NCBI GenBank assembly: GCA_030390025.1
Contig: JASTWF010000342.1
Location: 186,001-250,000 of the forward strand
Reading direction: 5' to 3'
DNA length: 64,000 nucleotides
DNA from: Squalus acanthias
Lineage: Eukaryota
The notes below the pieces were generated by a model that made no database searches, had not been told where the DNA came from, and saw nothing but the letters and a program-made list of their open reading frames with translations. Below are positions 26,620-39,707 of the stretch, in pieces; positions within the stretch are counted from its first letter, which is position 1; each line of letters begins with the position of its first letter. Made by a program: the position numbers and the translations under genes.

Positions 26620-26815
26620 AAAGAGTTAGATGCCTCCTGGATTACCAAGCTACCCTCTACACCTATGATACCTTTACAGCGTGTAAGGACACCAGCTAAA
26701 CACAGGTATAATGAGGGGAGTATATCCATCAGAGTAATCATTGAACATACAATTGGCATGTTTAATTGACACTTCAAGTGCTTGGTTAGGTCACTGGTCT
26801 GCACTGCAGGATGCA
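26620..26815 (+). pseudogene. Ancient Harbinger transposase fragment
   Basis: ..YP..TPAKHRYNE..IRVIIEHTIGMFN*HFKCL resembles 35190-35345. Confidence 0.55.
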
Positions 26816-26829
26816 ACCCGTTGATTTTA

Positions 26830-27200
26830 GAAGGTTGAGGGGTGATCAAATCGAGGTCTTTAAAATGATAAAGGGATAAAGGGATTTGATAAGGTAGGTA
26901 ACAATTTCCTATGGTGTGAAAACAAGGTGTCAAAATCTTAAAATTTGAGCTCGGCCATTTAGGAGTGAAGTCAATAAGCACATTTTCACACGACAGATAG
27001 TGGAAATCTGGAACTCTCTCCCCAAAAGGTTGTGGAATTTTCAAGACTTTAATTGATAGATTTTTGTTAAGTAAGGGTATCAAGGGATATGGCACAAAGG
27101 AGGGTAAATGGAGCTGAGGTACAGATCAGCAATGATCTAATAGAAAGGTGGAACAGGTTCAAGGGATTGAATGGCCTACTCCTGGGCCTATGTTCTTATG
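26830..27200 (+). mobile_element. CR1 3' fragment
   Basis: ..AAGGGTATCAAGGGATATGG..GAATGGCCTACTCCTG..TATGTTCTTATG tail. Confidence 0.8.
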
Positions 27201-27983
27201 TGTAGAGATGGTAGCCAATGATTGTCATGAAAAATAAGAAGTCTCTACACAGTAGATAAATGCAAACTGCAGGAGGAAGACAGGCTGTGACTCTGCAGAG
27301 GTGAATATATGTATACAATAAGGGGACATAACGTAGCTTATCCACAGCTAGAATATTAAAGGAACCAGTGTTTCCATGATTTTTCTAGCTGCATTATTTA
27401 CCTTATCTACAGTTTGTATAGTTCAACAGAATGGATAAGAATACAATCTACAGATTCAGACCTGAAAAACAAGTCAAAATGCAATCTAGCTGCAAAAGAT
27501 AACTATCTAACCATGTCAAATGTTGTGAATAATACTTAACTTCAACTGCATGACACAGTGCATGCATCTTACAATAGAAACAAAGAAATTCTAACAGTCT
27601 GCTCTATATCAATTGTATACACTAGAATCTGTTACCAAAAACAGGCCTAGACGAATTTCCACCTCAAAGTCTCTTCTCCTTTGTCAGGACATCTTCCATC
27701 ATGTCGTCTGGTACTACCACTGAGCTAAGTGGGACTGACTAACGACAGAGCTATCAATCCAAAGCTCTACAGTCATGAGGCGCTATGGGCCACAATCTCT
27801 AATTTCATGGTTCAGTATCAGCATGAAACTGGGAAACTATCTGTGGTTCAATGTGCAGTGTAGAAGGTTGTGCCAGGAGCAAGACTAGGCATGCCCTAGA
27901 ATGAGGTACTAACCTTGTGAAGCCACTACACTGGGCTACCTGCATGATTAACACCAAAAACAACAGCCTATAGTCAGAACAAA

Positions 27984-29301
27984 GGCCGCAATTTTTTCAT
28001 TGGAGGCAAATTGGGTGTGGGTCAGGTGGTTTTCGGTTTCCAGTCCCGCCCCCAACTGCATCTGGCCCACAGACGTGATTTTACATTGATTGACCTTGTT
28101 AAGCCTGCCCTGCGGGCTTGCCAGCCAATTAAAAGGAAGCCGGTCAGATGACATCATTTGATACATAGAAACATAGAATCTAGGAGCAGGAGTAGGCCAT
28201 TCGGCCCGTCGAGCCTGCTCCGCCATTCAATACGATCATGGCTGATCATCCAAATCCAGTACCCTGTCCCTGCTTTAATCCCCACAGTACACATATCCCA
28301 CCCTACCCCCGTAACCCCACGTATTTAATTCCCCCTAACATATCCCATCCTATCCCCATAACCCCACATATTTAATCCCCCCTAACACTAAGGGTCAATT
28401 TATCATAGCCAAATCAACCTAACCCACACATTTTTGGACTGTGGGAGGAAACCGGAGCACCCGGAGAAAACCCACGCAGACACGGGGAGAATGTGCAAAC
28501 TCCACACAGACAGTCACCCGAGGTCAGATTCGAACCCGGGTCTCTGGCGCTGTGAGACACCAGTGCTAACCACTATGCCACCGTGTTGCCCGCGTCATCT
28601 GCCGGTTTTCTTAAAGGGAACACGCACAAATTTTTTTGACAGCTGATTTTTTTGACAGCTGATTTTTCAGTGTTTGACAGCATTGAGGTGCTGCAAACAC
28701 TGACAATCACTGTACAAAGGTGAGCTCTTGCACCCAGACTCTCCAATGACTCCTTCCATAGGCTGGAATAGATGGCAGCTGCAGGTGAGATGATAGAAGC
28801 GTTCTGTCACTGGTGAGAGAGGTTCTACCAATGAGGTGGCACTGGACATGGATTTAAAAACTTGTTACCTAAAGAAATGTGTAAATGCATTAAAAATGAA
28901 TTTCCCAACATTTTCTTACCTCTGAGACTCACCAGTGCACCATTGGATCCTTCGCACCACTTCTGCAGCTGTCTTCAATCCAGAAACATTACAGCAGACT
29001 CACAACACGTCACACTTACCTGGCGTGGTGTCCAGACGTCGGGAAGCCCGAGCCAGAAGCGACAAAATTAAAAAATAGCCTGTCAACTACTATCAACCAC
29101 CTGTTAATAGGCAGGTAATTGGCTTTAATCTTCTTCCCGCTGCTAGATGTCGGGTCCATGTGCAAATCGGGGACCTGACACTTGGGATAATTGTTTGGAG
29201 GCAGCTTGAAGGCCGGGATCGGAACCCGCCGTCAATCAAAACAATTTTACCCTTTGACCCCCCTCCAAATCCGCCCTCTGAGCACCAGCAAAATCCAGCC
29301 C
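27984..29301 (+). mobile_element. Harbinger-derived non-autonomous element
   Basis: Ends GGCCGCAATTTT and AAAATCCAGCCC flanked by AAA. Internal similarity to 1150-1390 and 17096-17300. Confidence 0.7.
28160..28591 (-). mobile_element. HE1-like V-SINE (tRNA head, V domain, internal tandem repeat, CR1/HER1 tail)
   Basis: Minus strand GGGCAACACGGTGGCATAGTGGTTAGCAC..GGTTCGAATC (A/B boxes); V domain GGAGTTTGCACATTCTCCCCGTGTCTGCGTGGGTTTTCTCCGGGTGCTCCGGTTTCCTCCCACAGTCC. The tail matches the CR1 3' end at 1765-1875. Confidence 0.9.
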
Positions 29302-31182
29302 AAAGTGTTCTCACAACCAATGGACCAGAGCAAAGCTCTCTGGCCCTACCATTTCCAGTTAAGAATGATGGTGGACCACCGGGCAACCAACAGGAAGAAG
29401 AGGCTTCATGAACATCCCCATCTTGAACCATAGCAGAGCCCATGAGTGCAAGCGGCAAGGGTAAAGTTTTTGCAAACATCTTCAGCCATAAGTGCTGAGT
29501 GGATGATGCTGCTTGGCCTCCTCCCAAACACACACACTCACAGAGGCCACTGTCTAGTCAATTCAGGTCACTCCACATAACATTAAGAAGCAGTACTGGA
29601 CACAAAAAACGTGATGACCCCTGACAACATCCTGGCTATAGTGCTAAAGACCTGTGCACTAAAGATAACTGCTCCCCTAGCCAAGCTGTTCCACTACAGC
29701 TTTGGACAGACATCAATCCGACAATGTGAAACATTTCCCAGTGATGTCCTGTCCATAAAAAACAAGATAAATCTAAACCAGCCAATTAGCACCCTGTAAC
29801 CATCCTCACAGACATCAGTTAAATGATGGAAGAAGTAATCAATAGTGCCTTCAAGTAGCACCTATTCACCAGCAACCTGTTCACCGATATTCAGTTCAAT
29901 TTCTGTCAGAACTACCACCACCAGGAACCCCAGTGCAGCATCTGACAGTCAGGGGGCCCTCACAGCAGCTGTGTCAGGCGTGTCTGAATCGTCCATGGCA
30001 GATTCCAGTGTTCCAGTAGCCAAAGTGCACTTTCCATTTGAGAGAAGCAGCTGCCTTTAAATAGCATCATGGAGAAGTCATTTTCAGGCCCCTGATTAGG
30101 TCAACTATCAAAGAGCAGTTCTGGCAGCTCACTTGTTCAAGGTTAATGAGCCAAGGGGACCAATTTCCAACTGAACGGCGCCCATGTGTCCAGACGTGGT
30201 TTGCATGCGCAGCGCCAATTTGGCGCAAACCAATTTCAACCCCAAAATATTGACCTCGCATCTTAAAGCCAGGGGAGAGGGAGGGATAAGATTTTTACTG
30301 GTTCTTACGCCACAATGTAGAGATAGCAGGAATATATCCCCTGTTCATTATTTCTCCCAAAATTGTAAAAGGGTTCCAAAAGAAGGTTTTTATGCTTTAA
30401 TTGTAAATAGTCATCAGAGGATATGTTGCCGCTATCATCACGACTAGCACACTATCATCAGTGACCAGAGAAAATTTGGATTGTGGTTTACCTGTGCACT
30501 TGATGCTCTCACCAGATGGAAAATGGAAGGAAATGTTCCATTCTCCAATGCTGACATTTTCTGTGCAGATAAAAATATATATGCTTCAACAAAATTCGGA
30601 ATAATCTGCTCATTTTAATGCATTTCAGTATTTCATAAATACAAGATATAAACAATGGATCACTTAATGTATATGTAATAATTGGAATATAAGTCATACA
30701 ATTGTGATGTGTTTCAATCTGAGACAAAATCCATCCCAAGACTGAACAATGTGTTCATTTTTTATTTCTTTTTAGATGTATGCCTGCTGCTATATTAGCT
30801 GAACAAAATATCCTTGAAGGTGAATGGTTTAACACTGAAGGTTTAAAAAGGCAGTCAAGTAAAACACAATATAAGTACATTTAATAGCTTGCATATCACT
30901 CACCATTATGTGAAAAGGATTAATACTTGGAGCACAATGCCAGGAGAATGTATGGATGTCAATCTGAGGTCATATGTGATGGTAAAAATGAAAGCGCACA
31001 CCAAATAACAGATTTCAAAACTTTTTTATTCACAGTGAATCAAATAGTTTTTTGTTTGAATGCCAAAAAATATTCAAACTATAATTAGTATGGATCGTCT
31101 CTGTTCATTGAAGTGATGCTTTTTGTTTAACATCATTTAGGCAGTTTAAAGTTAACAGTGGAAGTTCCATAGTTTTGCTGTG

Positions 31183-31195
31183 TGACCTTTGACCT
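31183..31195 (-). promoter_or_regulatory. Perfect DR1 nuclear-receptor motif (AGGTCA-A-AGGTCA)
   Basis: TGACCTTTGACCT on +, in a stretch with no recognisable repeat. Function is untested. Confidence 0.35.
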
Positions 31196-32007
31196 TCCTG
31201 TATCCAGCACAATGTGATAATGTTACTTGATTAAGATTGATATCATGCACAAGTGTGGAATAAAAACAAATCTGATACACTTGTTATAATAGCTAATTTT
31301 ATAAAATCCCTCAGAAATCATCTTCATTCGTGTTCTTGTCAAAAACTATTTAACAGATTTGAAAGTTGACCTCTGATTTGTGTAATATGAAACGCTTTAT
31401 CAAAGGAAAATAATTATTCAATATAAAGAACAGACAACTGCTTATTGAAAATTTTTAAATATAAATGTAAAGCATATAGGGAATTATTTTATGAATTATT
31501 CATAATAAATTTATCATCAAGATCAAACTGTTACATGCCTGAAATGCTGTAACAGAAATGAATAAGTGTCTTGCTTTATAGACAAAGGCCAAAGAAAATA
31601 ATAGGTATTAAAATGTAATAAGTAATTACTTAGTGCAGAATAACTGCTATTGAAAGAATCAATCTCAATTGCCTCTTCTAACATCTCACTCTGATAGTTC
31701 TCTGACTGTTAAATGACAATATGATATTTGTTCCAGTTACACAGAAGCCACATCAAATTGAGAATTGATTTAATCAATCCACTGTACATTAGCTTCATTT
31801 CAGCATAATCATTTTTGTCATGGTAGACATCTTAGTTCAATTTATATCTAACAGCACTGTTGTTAAATAAAGACATTGTGCAAGCTAACTCTGTCATTCC
31901 AATTACACATGGAATTGTCCAACAGTCCAGTTGTAAAGATGATTGCAAAAGATTGCCAGTCTACTCAGCCTTTACATATTGTGGCAGCTATAGACATATT
32001 AAACAAA

Positions 32008-34034
32008 GGCCTTGAAATTCGATGAGGCCCGAAAACGGGTGGTGGCACCACGGGGCGAGATTTGCTTGCACCCGTTTAGACAGCGCAGGCAGCACATTAT
32101 TTTGGTCCTGCCTGCTGATTTGAATGATTTTAGCACACAGCCCAGTGACAAAGACGTTGCTTCAGGCTGTGCGCTCAGCAGGAGACCCAATGTCGTGTCG
32201 CTGGAGCAAGGCTGCATTCTCTTAAAGCAAGGCTGTCATTTCTGAAAGCAGTCTCAAGCCTTTAAAGGTGAACTGCCTTCTGGAAAAAAAAAATTAAAAA
32301 TCATTCCAAACTAGGCAGTCTTCAGAACTTAAAGCTGAAATGCCTTCTGCACTTAATAAATGGTAGAAGTGCTTCAGCACTGATACAAATGGCTCAACAG
32401 GCCAGGGAAGGGGCACCCAGGGTCTCACACGCAGCACTCCAGCTTTGTGCAGGGAGTCAACACTGCAAGAGAGGTTCTGTACCACAGGGGCCAGGAGGCC
32501 CTCCAGAAAGAACGATGTGGGGCCAGATCGCCAAGGCAGTCATTGCCAGCAGTGTCACATCCAGGACCTGGCTTCAGTGCCCAAAGAAGTTTCATGACCT
32601 CAGATGAGTGGTCAAGGTCAGTGAATGCTCTTCAAAAGCTGTCTCCTACCAACTGCACCACTAGCCTCACACAGTGCTCAATGCACGACCGCCCCCCCTA
32701 CCCCTCTGCCAATGACCCTCCCCCATCACTCACCTACCAACAATCTCTACCAAACACGAGGCACACCTCACATTCCTAGCTTCACCTCACCCCCTTGAGG
32801 AGAGCCCTCACCCCCTTGAGGAGAGCGTGCTGGCCATTCTTGGCAGGGGCATGGCTGAGCCCTTGGCCAGCAGCGGGGCTGAAAGGATACAAGATGCCAG
32901 TATCCTCATACGTTATCTTCCTTCTCACATTCCACTTCACCATCACTCGATTTCTCACTCCCAGCCACCAACTCCTCAAGGTCGTCCTGCAAGGCCATCT
33001 GCAGTGTCCCCCACTGAAAATCAGCAGCCTTCCACCAGCCATGCTGCAGCCACTGGGGTAGCACTGCGTGACATCACTAGGATAGGGAAAGGCACACACA
33101 AGACAGTCACTAAGGGAATGCACAAGGTTGATTAGTTGTTTTTTTGCTGTAATATTGGTTGCATATATGGATAAAGTTGGATTGGAAAGTTTGCTTTGTG
33201 CTGACTTTTATTTCAGCATTGTGGCCAAGAGGACACTGTGATGGTCAGTAATAGAAGGATGGTAATGTGTGGGACTAATGTTGAAAGGGGAATTGGGGTT
33301 GTGTTCACTGGTACCGCAGGCAGATGATTCGATCGCGGATATCCCAGCCAGAAAGGAGCTGTCTGGGTTGCCTCCTTTCTTCCGCTTTCTCCTCTTCTGC
33401 TTCTTCCTCTTCTGCTTTCTCCTCCTCCCTCTGCGAGCAGCTTGTCCCCTTTGCTGCCTCTGGCTCATCTCCACGTGATGTTGCAGCCCAAGGGGGTTTG
33501 CAAATAGAGCCCCCAGGACTGTGAGCACGCGGTGTTCTCAGAGGCCTTCCTTTAACATCCAAAATCTTGCAAGCATCCAGCAGCACTCGCTGCACTCCCT
33601 GCACACTTGAACAACTTTTTAAATGTATTGCACCAAGTCACTACTCCAATAAAATATTAACAAAAACACTCCAAAAGCTGTAATCGAAACTTACTTGAAA
33701 GATGGGTGTGTCCCTTTAAGGAGCACTGACAGCATCTCTGTACAACTGTTACGCGCACGCACTTCCGTGCGTGGTTAGGAAAGGGCGGTATGGAATGTGT
33801 CCAAAATCGCTGTCGTGCATCAATTCAGGCTCTACACGCCGATTGACATCACGATCTGCACATTTACATTGGAGAGGCGAGCAAAGGCAACGGCAGTGTT
33901 GCTGGTGTTGCTGGCCTGTCCAAAATGGTGGCCGCCGTGTCCCGAGCCAGAAGTGGATGGAAGCGAGGCGGCCACCATTTTATCAAGAAAACACGGCCTT
34001 AACGGCTGGCGCAACATCATCAACTTTTGCGGCC
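32008..34034 (+). mobile_element. Harbinger-derived internally deleted element
   Basis: Ends GGCCTTGAAATT and AACTTTTGCGGCC flanked by AAA. Myb relic on + (32389-33135) and an acidic transposase C-terminus relic on - (33305-33520). Confidence 0.7.
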
Positions 34035-34449
34035 AAAGGGGGAAAAATTCGTCCCCTTAGTGCCTCCCATTATGTCACTAATGGGGCGCTAGACTAGTAT
34101 CGCTGGGGCAAGGCGGATCCAGTGCCGCACGCCAAATCCGGCTCACTGACCGTCCGATTTGCAAAATTGATTCTCACCACTTACCTCACTACCTGGAGTA
34201 AACACCGACAGGGAAAGCTGGCATGCATCACCAGGATTCCAGCTCCAGGGACGTTATTTAAAGGGATCATCAGTAATCACTCACAGCTATCAGTTTAGTG
34301 CAGTTTCAGTGGTTTTTTGTTAGTTTCACCCACTGCAACAGTTTAATTCAGTAATTTCAAGGTTCTTTTGTATCAGGAGTCTTCTGGCAACTAAAAAGTA
34401 GCTACATTAGTGTTTAAAGATTCAAACTGCAACACTGCCAGTAACGTTA

Positions 34450-35628
34450 ATGGGGGCTGTACTGTCAGTCGACCTCGCCCACCAGTGGAGGGAGCGGAGA
34501 CAGCGAGAAAGACTGGAACATGTGCCCAGAGGGAGGAGGAGGGCCATCAGGGCTCTCAACAGGAGGCCTTACCCTCCGAGGGTATTCTGAGAGCACTTCT
34601 CCTACCTCCAATTAAGCAAAGAGCAGTGTATTAGAAGACTCCGCTTCACCAAGGAGGTGGTCACAGAACGCTGCCACCTCCTGCAACCAGACCTCCAGCC
34701 TCAGATCAGGGCGACCACGGCACTCTCAGTGGCAGTCAAGGTCACCATTGCCCTCAATTTCTTCGCTAGCGGATACTTCCAGTCTGCAACAGGTGACATA
34801 GTGAACATCTCGCAGTTTGCCATCCATTGCTGCACCCGGGGGGTCGCAGAGGCTCTCTACAGTAGGAGAAGGGACTATATTGCATTCCTCATTACCAGAG
34901 AGAAGCAGGACGAGCGTGCATGTGGCTTTGCCAGGATAGTGGGATTCTCCATTGTGCAGGGTGCCATTGACTGCACCCATGTGGCTTTGCAGGCACCGCA
35001 TAACAATCCTGAGATCTTCCGTAACCGCAAGGGCTACCACTCACTTAATGTGCAGTTGGTGTGTGACCACGCACAGCGAATCCTCACCATCAATGCCCAT
35101 TATCCTGGCAGCAGCCACGATGCCTTCATCCTGTGCCTGTGTCAGCACACTTCCAGCCACGACTTCAAGCTCACGACTGGCTGCTCGAAGACAAGGGCTA
35201 TCCACTCTCCAGCTGGCTCATGACTCCCCTCCTGCCCAGCACTCATATAATGAGAGCCGCGCTACCACCTGGAACATCATCAAGCAGACCATCGGCCTAC
35301 TGAAGCAACGGTTCCACTGCCTTGACCGCTCGGGAGGAGCCCTCCAGTACTCAGCTGAGTGGGTGTCCCATTTCGTATGGTCTGCTGCATGCTCCACAAC
35401 TTGGCCATCATGAGGGCCCAGCTCTTGCCAGCAGGGATTGCGGGACCACCTCAGGAGGAGGAAGAGGGAGAGGAGGAGCAAGAGGAGGACGAAGAAGATG
35501 AGGAGGAGAACAAGGAGGACGAGGAGGAGGAGGAGGAACTGGAGCATGGGAGGAGGCAGCCACTCAATCGGCCTTCCAGAAGGGTGGTCCATGACCGCCT
35601 CATCAGACAGCAGGTTCGAATGAATTAA
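34450..35628 (+). pseudogene. Harbinger DDE transposase, disrupted
   Basis: RLRFTKE, ALNFFASG, GAIDCTHV, FRNRKGYHSLNVQLVCD, YPGSSHDAFIL, DKGYP, IGLLKQRFHCLDRSGG, CCMLHN and a poly-E tail, with frameshifts. Confidence 0.92.
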
Positions 35629-35785
35629 ACCCCAGATCCCCGTTGCTCACCACATCCCCATCATTCAATCCCGGTTGCAGGCCATATCACAGCGCAAAGC
35701 TGAAATGAGACACACCACAAAAGATTCCAAACTGAATTAATATATTTATCAAAAAGTAGTGGACACATATTTACACCAAAAATAT

Positions 35786-37939
35786 TTACTTTTCACCCTT
35801 GTGCAATCCCTTAGTGCCTCTTATTAATGTGCCTTTGCCTACTCTAGCGCTCTTATGAAGTGTTGGCCCAGTGGCTGCAGCACGGCTTGTGGAAGGCTGC
35901 TGAGCGTCCGTGCGGGAGACTTCAGATGGCCTTGCAGGACATCTGCGACCAGCTCTGGACCTGGAAGGCTCGGCTGTAGACTGCACCACCTCAGCATGTG
36001 CGGCAGCAGTCTGAGCTGGCTGGATGACAGGCAGTGACAAGGACAATGGCGGAGTGGCAGTGGTGGGAGCAGGAATGCTGTCATCCTGAGAGAGGACAGC
36101 AGGTTCCTGCTCCACTGACCCACTGCCACTCCCCAGGGGCAGCACCTCTAATCCCTAGCAATCTGTTGGAGCAAAGATTGTTGGCTTGCTGCGACACCGT
36201 GAACATAAGAACATAAGAAGTAGGAGCAGGAGTAGGCCATACGACCCTTCGGGCCTGCTCCACCATTCAATAGGATCATGGCTGATCCGAACCTAGATTC
36301 ACGTCCACTTCCCTGCCCGCTCCCCATAACCCTTAATTCCCTTATCAGCTAGGAAACTGTCTATCTCCGTTTTAAATTTATTTAATGTCGCAGCTTCCAC
36401 AGCTCTCTGAGGTAGCAAATTCCATAGATTTACTACCCTCTGAGTGAAGAAGTTTCTCCTCATCTCAGTTTTGAAACCCCGGTCGAAAGTGTTAGACCCA
36501 GCCACGATGGCAGCAGTCAGAGCTTGCGTGGCTTTAAGCTGAGACTGCTTGAGAGCAGTCTGAGATTGGATGCCACCAAGCATAGACTGCATTACAGCAC
36601 TAAGACATTGCGTCACTTCCGCTTGTGCTGCAATGGAAGCTACCAGATCGCCCATCACACATGGCATCAGGTCTGGGTCGCCACAGTCTCTCTGGGAGTC
36701 TACCATACTTTGCAGACTGGAAATGATGAGCTCCATGGTGTGCGCAGAGCTCTGTGCAATGTTGGAGGTAGAATCCTCCATGCTCCTTACCATTATCGTT
36801 GCCATTGCACCTATCATCTCCGTGTGCAAGCCCATCACCCTTCTTCTAAATGCCTCCCCATCACGGTCCTCGTCTGAGTCCTGTGCAGCAGAACTCGCAC
36901 ACGAACTCGCCCTCCAGGGAGCTGGCCCCCGAGCTACCCTTTCCCCCTGGCCTTGCTGCAGGCCGCTTGTCCCCAGTACATCACCCTGTGCAGATCCCGC
37001 TACTATACTAGCCTCTAAAGAATGCGTAGTGCCAGTATCTGAGCTGGTGCCTGTGGGTGAGACATGCAGTGACGTGGTGTGTTCTTCCTTCTCCTCTTCT
37101 CCCGCCTCGCTCTCTACGGTGCCCTCAGGAGCAGGCTGCTCAGGTGCTTGTTCATTATCTGAAAGCATAAAGGCACAAGAGTCGGGTTAAGGTGAGGAGA
37201 GGGGGGCAGGAAGGGAGAAATGCATGCATACAGCATGCTTAGCTGGAAGTGCGAAACGCTTGAGGTGAGGGGGAAGTGGGATGTGAGAAGGAGTAGGGGT
37301 GAACATACCGTTGTTGTCCCCAAGGGGGTCAACGTCACAAGTGGCCACGGTTCCACCACCTGGCACCCAATAATCTGCAGCACTCTATTTTCCAGTGTAG
37401 ACAGTGGCTGGGTGTCGGCTTGTCCCTGCCTGTGCGCTCCTGCTCCCTCCTGTTGTGAGCGACCATGGCCTGCAAGAGAAAGTAAAGTGTGTGAGTGAGT
37501 GTGGAGCAATGTGTTTGGGTGATGTGCCTGCCATGTTTGAATAGCTGTCATTGTGTGCAAGGTGTGAGATGTGGGTGTGAGTGTTGGTAGGTAGCGATAG
37601 TTGGTGGGTGAGTGCTGGGGGTGTGGTGCTTTGGGCAGTGTGTGCAGACTGAGGTTCAGATGGTGGTATGTAGCATTTGTTGAGGCATTGACTCACCCTG
37701 ACCACCCGAGTGCGGTTGTTAAATTTCTTCCTGCATTGTGTGTGAGTCCTGAGGATCACAGTGCTGCCTGAGACATGCTGCGCTACCTCCCTCCACATGG
37801 TGCAGTTGGCTTGCGGCGAGGGCCTCCTGCCACTTGCCGGGTAGAGCACCGCCCTCCGTCTCTCCACAGCCAAAACTAATACCTCCATTGCTTGAACGGA
37901 GAATCTGCAGGTTCTCTCCCTGGGGCGTGGACCTGCCAT
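35786..37939 (-). pseudogene. Harbinger Myb/SANT-like DNA-binding protein gene, 3 exons, interrupted by a CR1 fragment
   Basis: Exon 1 37939-37697 (RFSVQAMEVLV..WREVAQHVS..QCRKKFNN, donor GTGAGT); exon 2 about 37469-37309; exon 3 37158-35786. Confidence 0.8.
36203..36474 (-). mobile_element. 5'-truncated CR1 3' end
   Basis: KTEMRRNFFTQRVVNLWN..KGYGERAGKW and an (ACATAAGA)2 tail. Confidence 0.9.
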
Positions 37940-38249
37940 GAGCACACCTGGTTCAGTCCTCTGGCTCCTTCTCCTTATTCTGCTTCTGCAGCACCTCAGT
38001 CTCAGCATTGCTGGCTGTGCAACCACCCCTTTAAGTACTGAAAAAAGCCTCTGGCAATCATGACTTGCAATTAGACTGCACCTGATATTGGTCCACCCTT
38101 TGAGTGTAACGCCAATGAGCTTGGGTTTTAAGATTTGATTTAGAACTCCAATCATTTTATTGAGCAGTGAGCATGAATTTTTCGTGCTGTCTAAAGCATT
38201 TGCGTCTGTCATTAATTCTCCAACTTTCAACTGACACTGCCCATTCCTT

Positions 38250-38825
38250 GGCTATAGTATTTCCAGCACAGAAACAGGCCATTCGGCCACGCCGTGATTA
38301 TACTCCACACAAGCCTCCTCCCACCCTACTTCATCTAAACCAATCAACATATCCTTCTATTGCTTTCTCCTTCACGTGTCTATCTACCTTCCCCTTAAAT
38401 ACATCTATGCTGTCGCCTCAACTACTCCTTGTGGTATCGAGTTCCACATTCTAACCACCCTCTGGGTAAAGAAGTTTCTCCTGAATCCCTAATGATTTAT
38501 TGGTTACTATCTTATATTTATGGCCTCTAGTTTTGGTCTTCCCTGCAAATGGAAACATCTTTGCTACATCTACCATATCAAACACTTTCATAATCTAAAG
38601 ACCTCTATCAGGTTACCCCTCAGTCTTCTCTTTTCTAGAGAAGAGAGTCCCCAGCCTGTTCAATCTTTCCCAATATGTATAACCTTTCAGTTCTGGTATC
38701 ATTCTAGTAAATCTTTTTTGCACATACTCCAGTGCCTCTGTATTCTTTTTATAATATGGAGACCAGAACTGTTCACAGTACTCCAAGTGTAGTTTAAAAA
38801 AGGTTCCATACAAGTTTAACATAAC
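38250..38825 (-). mobile_element. Older CR1 3' fragment
   Basis: HLEYCEQFWSPY..LEYVQKRFTRMIP. Confidence 0.8.
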
Positions 38826-39069
38826 TGTAGATGTCTGCAAATCTTGTGGGGATAAAGAGGAAGGAGTTCACTGGTACAAATAGGAACAAGCAGAAAGCAA
38901 GTAAAGGTTGATCAGAGGGCCAAAGAGACATCAAAGCAACTGCATAGGCAAAACATAACAGTAGAACATTCTTTCAAACTTATAATAGCAAAAGGACAGT
39001 CAGAGAAGAGGTGAGAACATTAAAAGATACAAAAAGGGCTTGAAATTGAGGGTTTTTGTTTTGAATTTG

Positions 39070-39430
39070 AGGATTATGAAGGGGTTTGATAGAGTAAATA
39101 AGATGAATCTGTTTCCACTGGCAGAAGGATCGGTAACCAAAGGATTTAAGGTAATTGGCATAAGAGCCAGCGGTGAGACGAGGAAAAAATGTTTATGCAG
39201 TAAGTAATTATGATCTGAAATGCACTGCCTGAAAGGGTGATGGAAGCAGTTTCAATAATAACTTTCAAAGGGGAATTGGATAAATACTTGAATAGGAGAA
39301 AATTGCAAGGCTATGGGGAAAGAGCAAGGGAGTGGGACTTATAGGATAGCTCTTTCAAAGAGCCAGTCCAGGGACAGTGGGCTGAATGGCCTCCTTCTAT
39401 GCCTGTAAGATTCTATTCTATGTTTCTATG
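39070..39430 (+). mobile_element. CR1 3' fragment nested in an older CR1 relic (about 38850-40800)
   Basis: ..GGGCTGAATGGCCTCCTTCT..TTCTATGTTTCTATG tail. The flanking relic encodes KSPGLDNIYPRVLRE. Confidence 0.75.
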
Positions 39431-39707
39431 AGCACAAGATAGTAAGTATTCTGAATAATTGTTTTCTCAAAAATATTCACAAGAAAAGACCTGAATAACA
39501 CACTCTCCCCCCAAAAAAGAGTATCAGGGCAAAATTCAGGACATTGATACAAATGAGATGGAACTCAAAGTCAAGCTGAAAGGTCTTAAAACAAGCAAAT
39601 CCCCAGGGTTAGATAATATTTATCCCAGAGTATTGAGAGAGATAAGGAAAGAGATTTATGAGGCATGGGCAATCATTAAGACCATTGGGGAGATCCCAAT
39701 TGAACTG

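Larger units (their letters stand above)
27640..29915 (+). mobile_element. Old relic of the same LINE group as 17815-23637, split by a Harbinger-derived element
   Basis: 29302-29915 aligns with 21765-22390 (PDNILAIVLKTCA..APLAKLF). 27850-27983 aligns with 21625-21770. Confidence 0.7.
34038..38187. mobile_element. Near-complete PIF/Harbinger transposon with two convergent genes
   Basis: GAAAAATTC at 34042 and GAATTTTTC at 38175. Transposase on +, spliced Myb/SANT gene on -. Confidence 0.8.

Noticed and set aside
30512..30825. Possible host micro-exons (minus 30512-30559; plus about 30777-30820), also near 16451 and 48501
   Set aside because: Only splice-like signals, with no recognisable peptide or consistent strand.
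34450..35628. Domesticated HARBI1 gene
   Set aside because: It has stops and frameshifts, lies inside TIRs with a Myb partner, and multiple related relics occur nearby.
36299..37168. 289-aa ORF as a novel fusion protein
   Set aside because: Chance in-frame read-through from the Harbinger Myb exon 3 into an inserted CR1 3' fragment.
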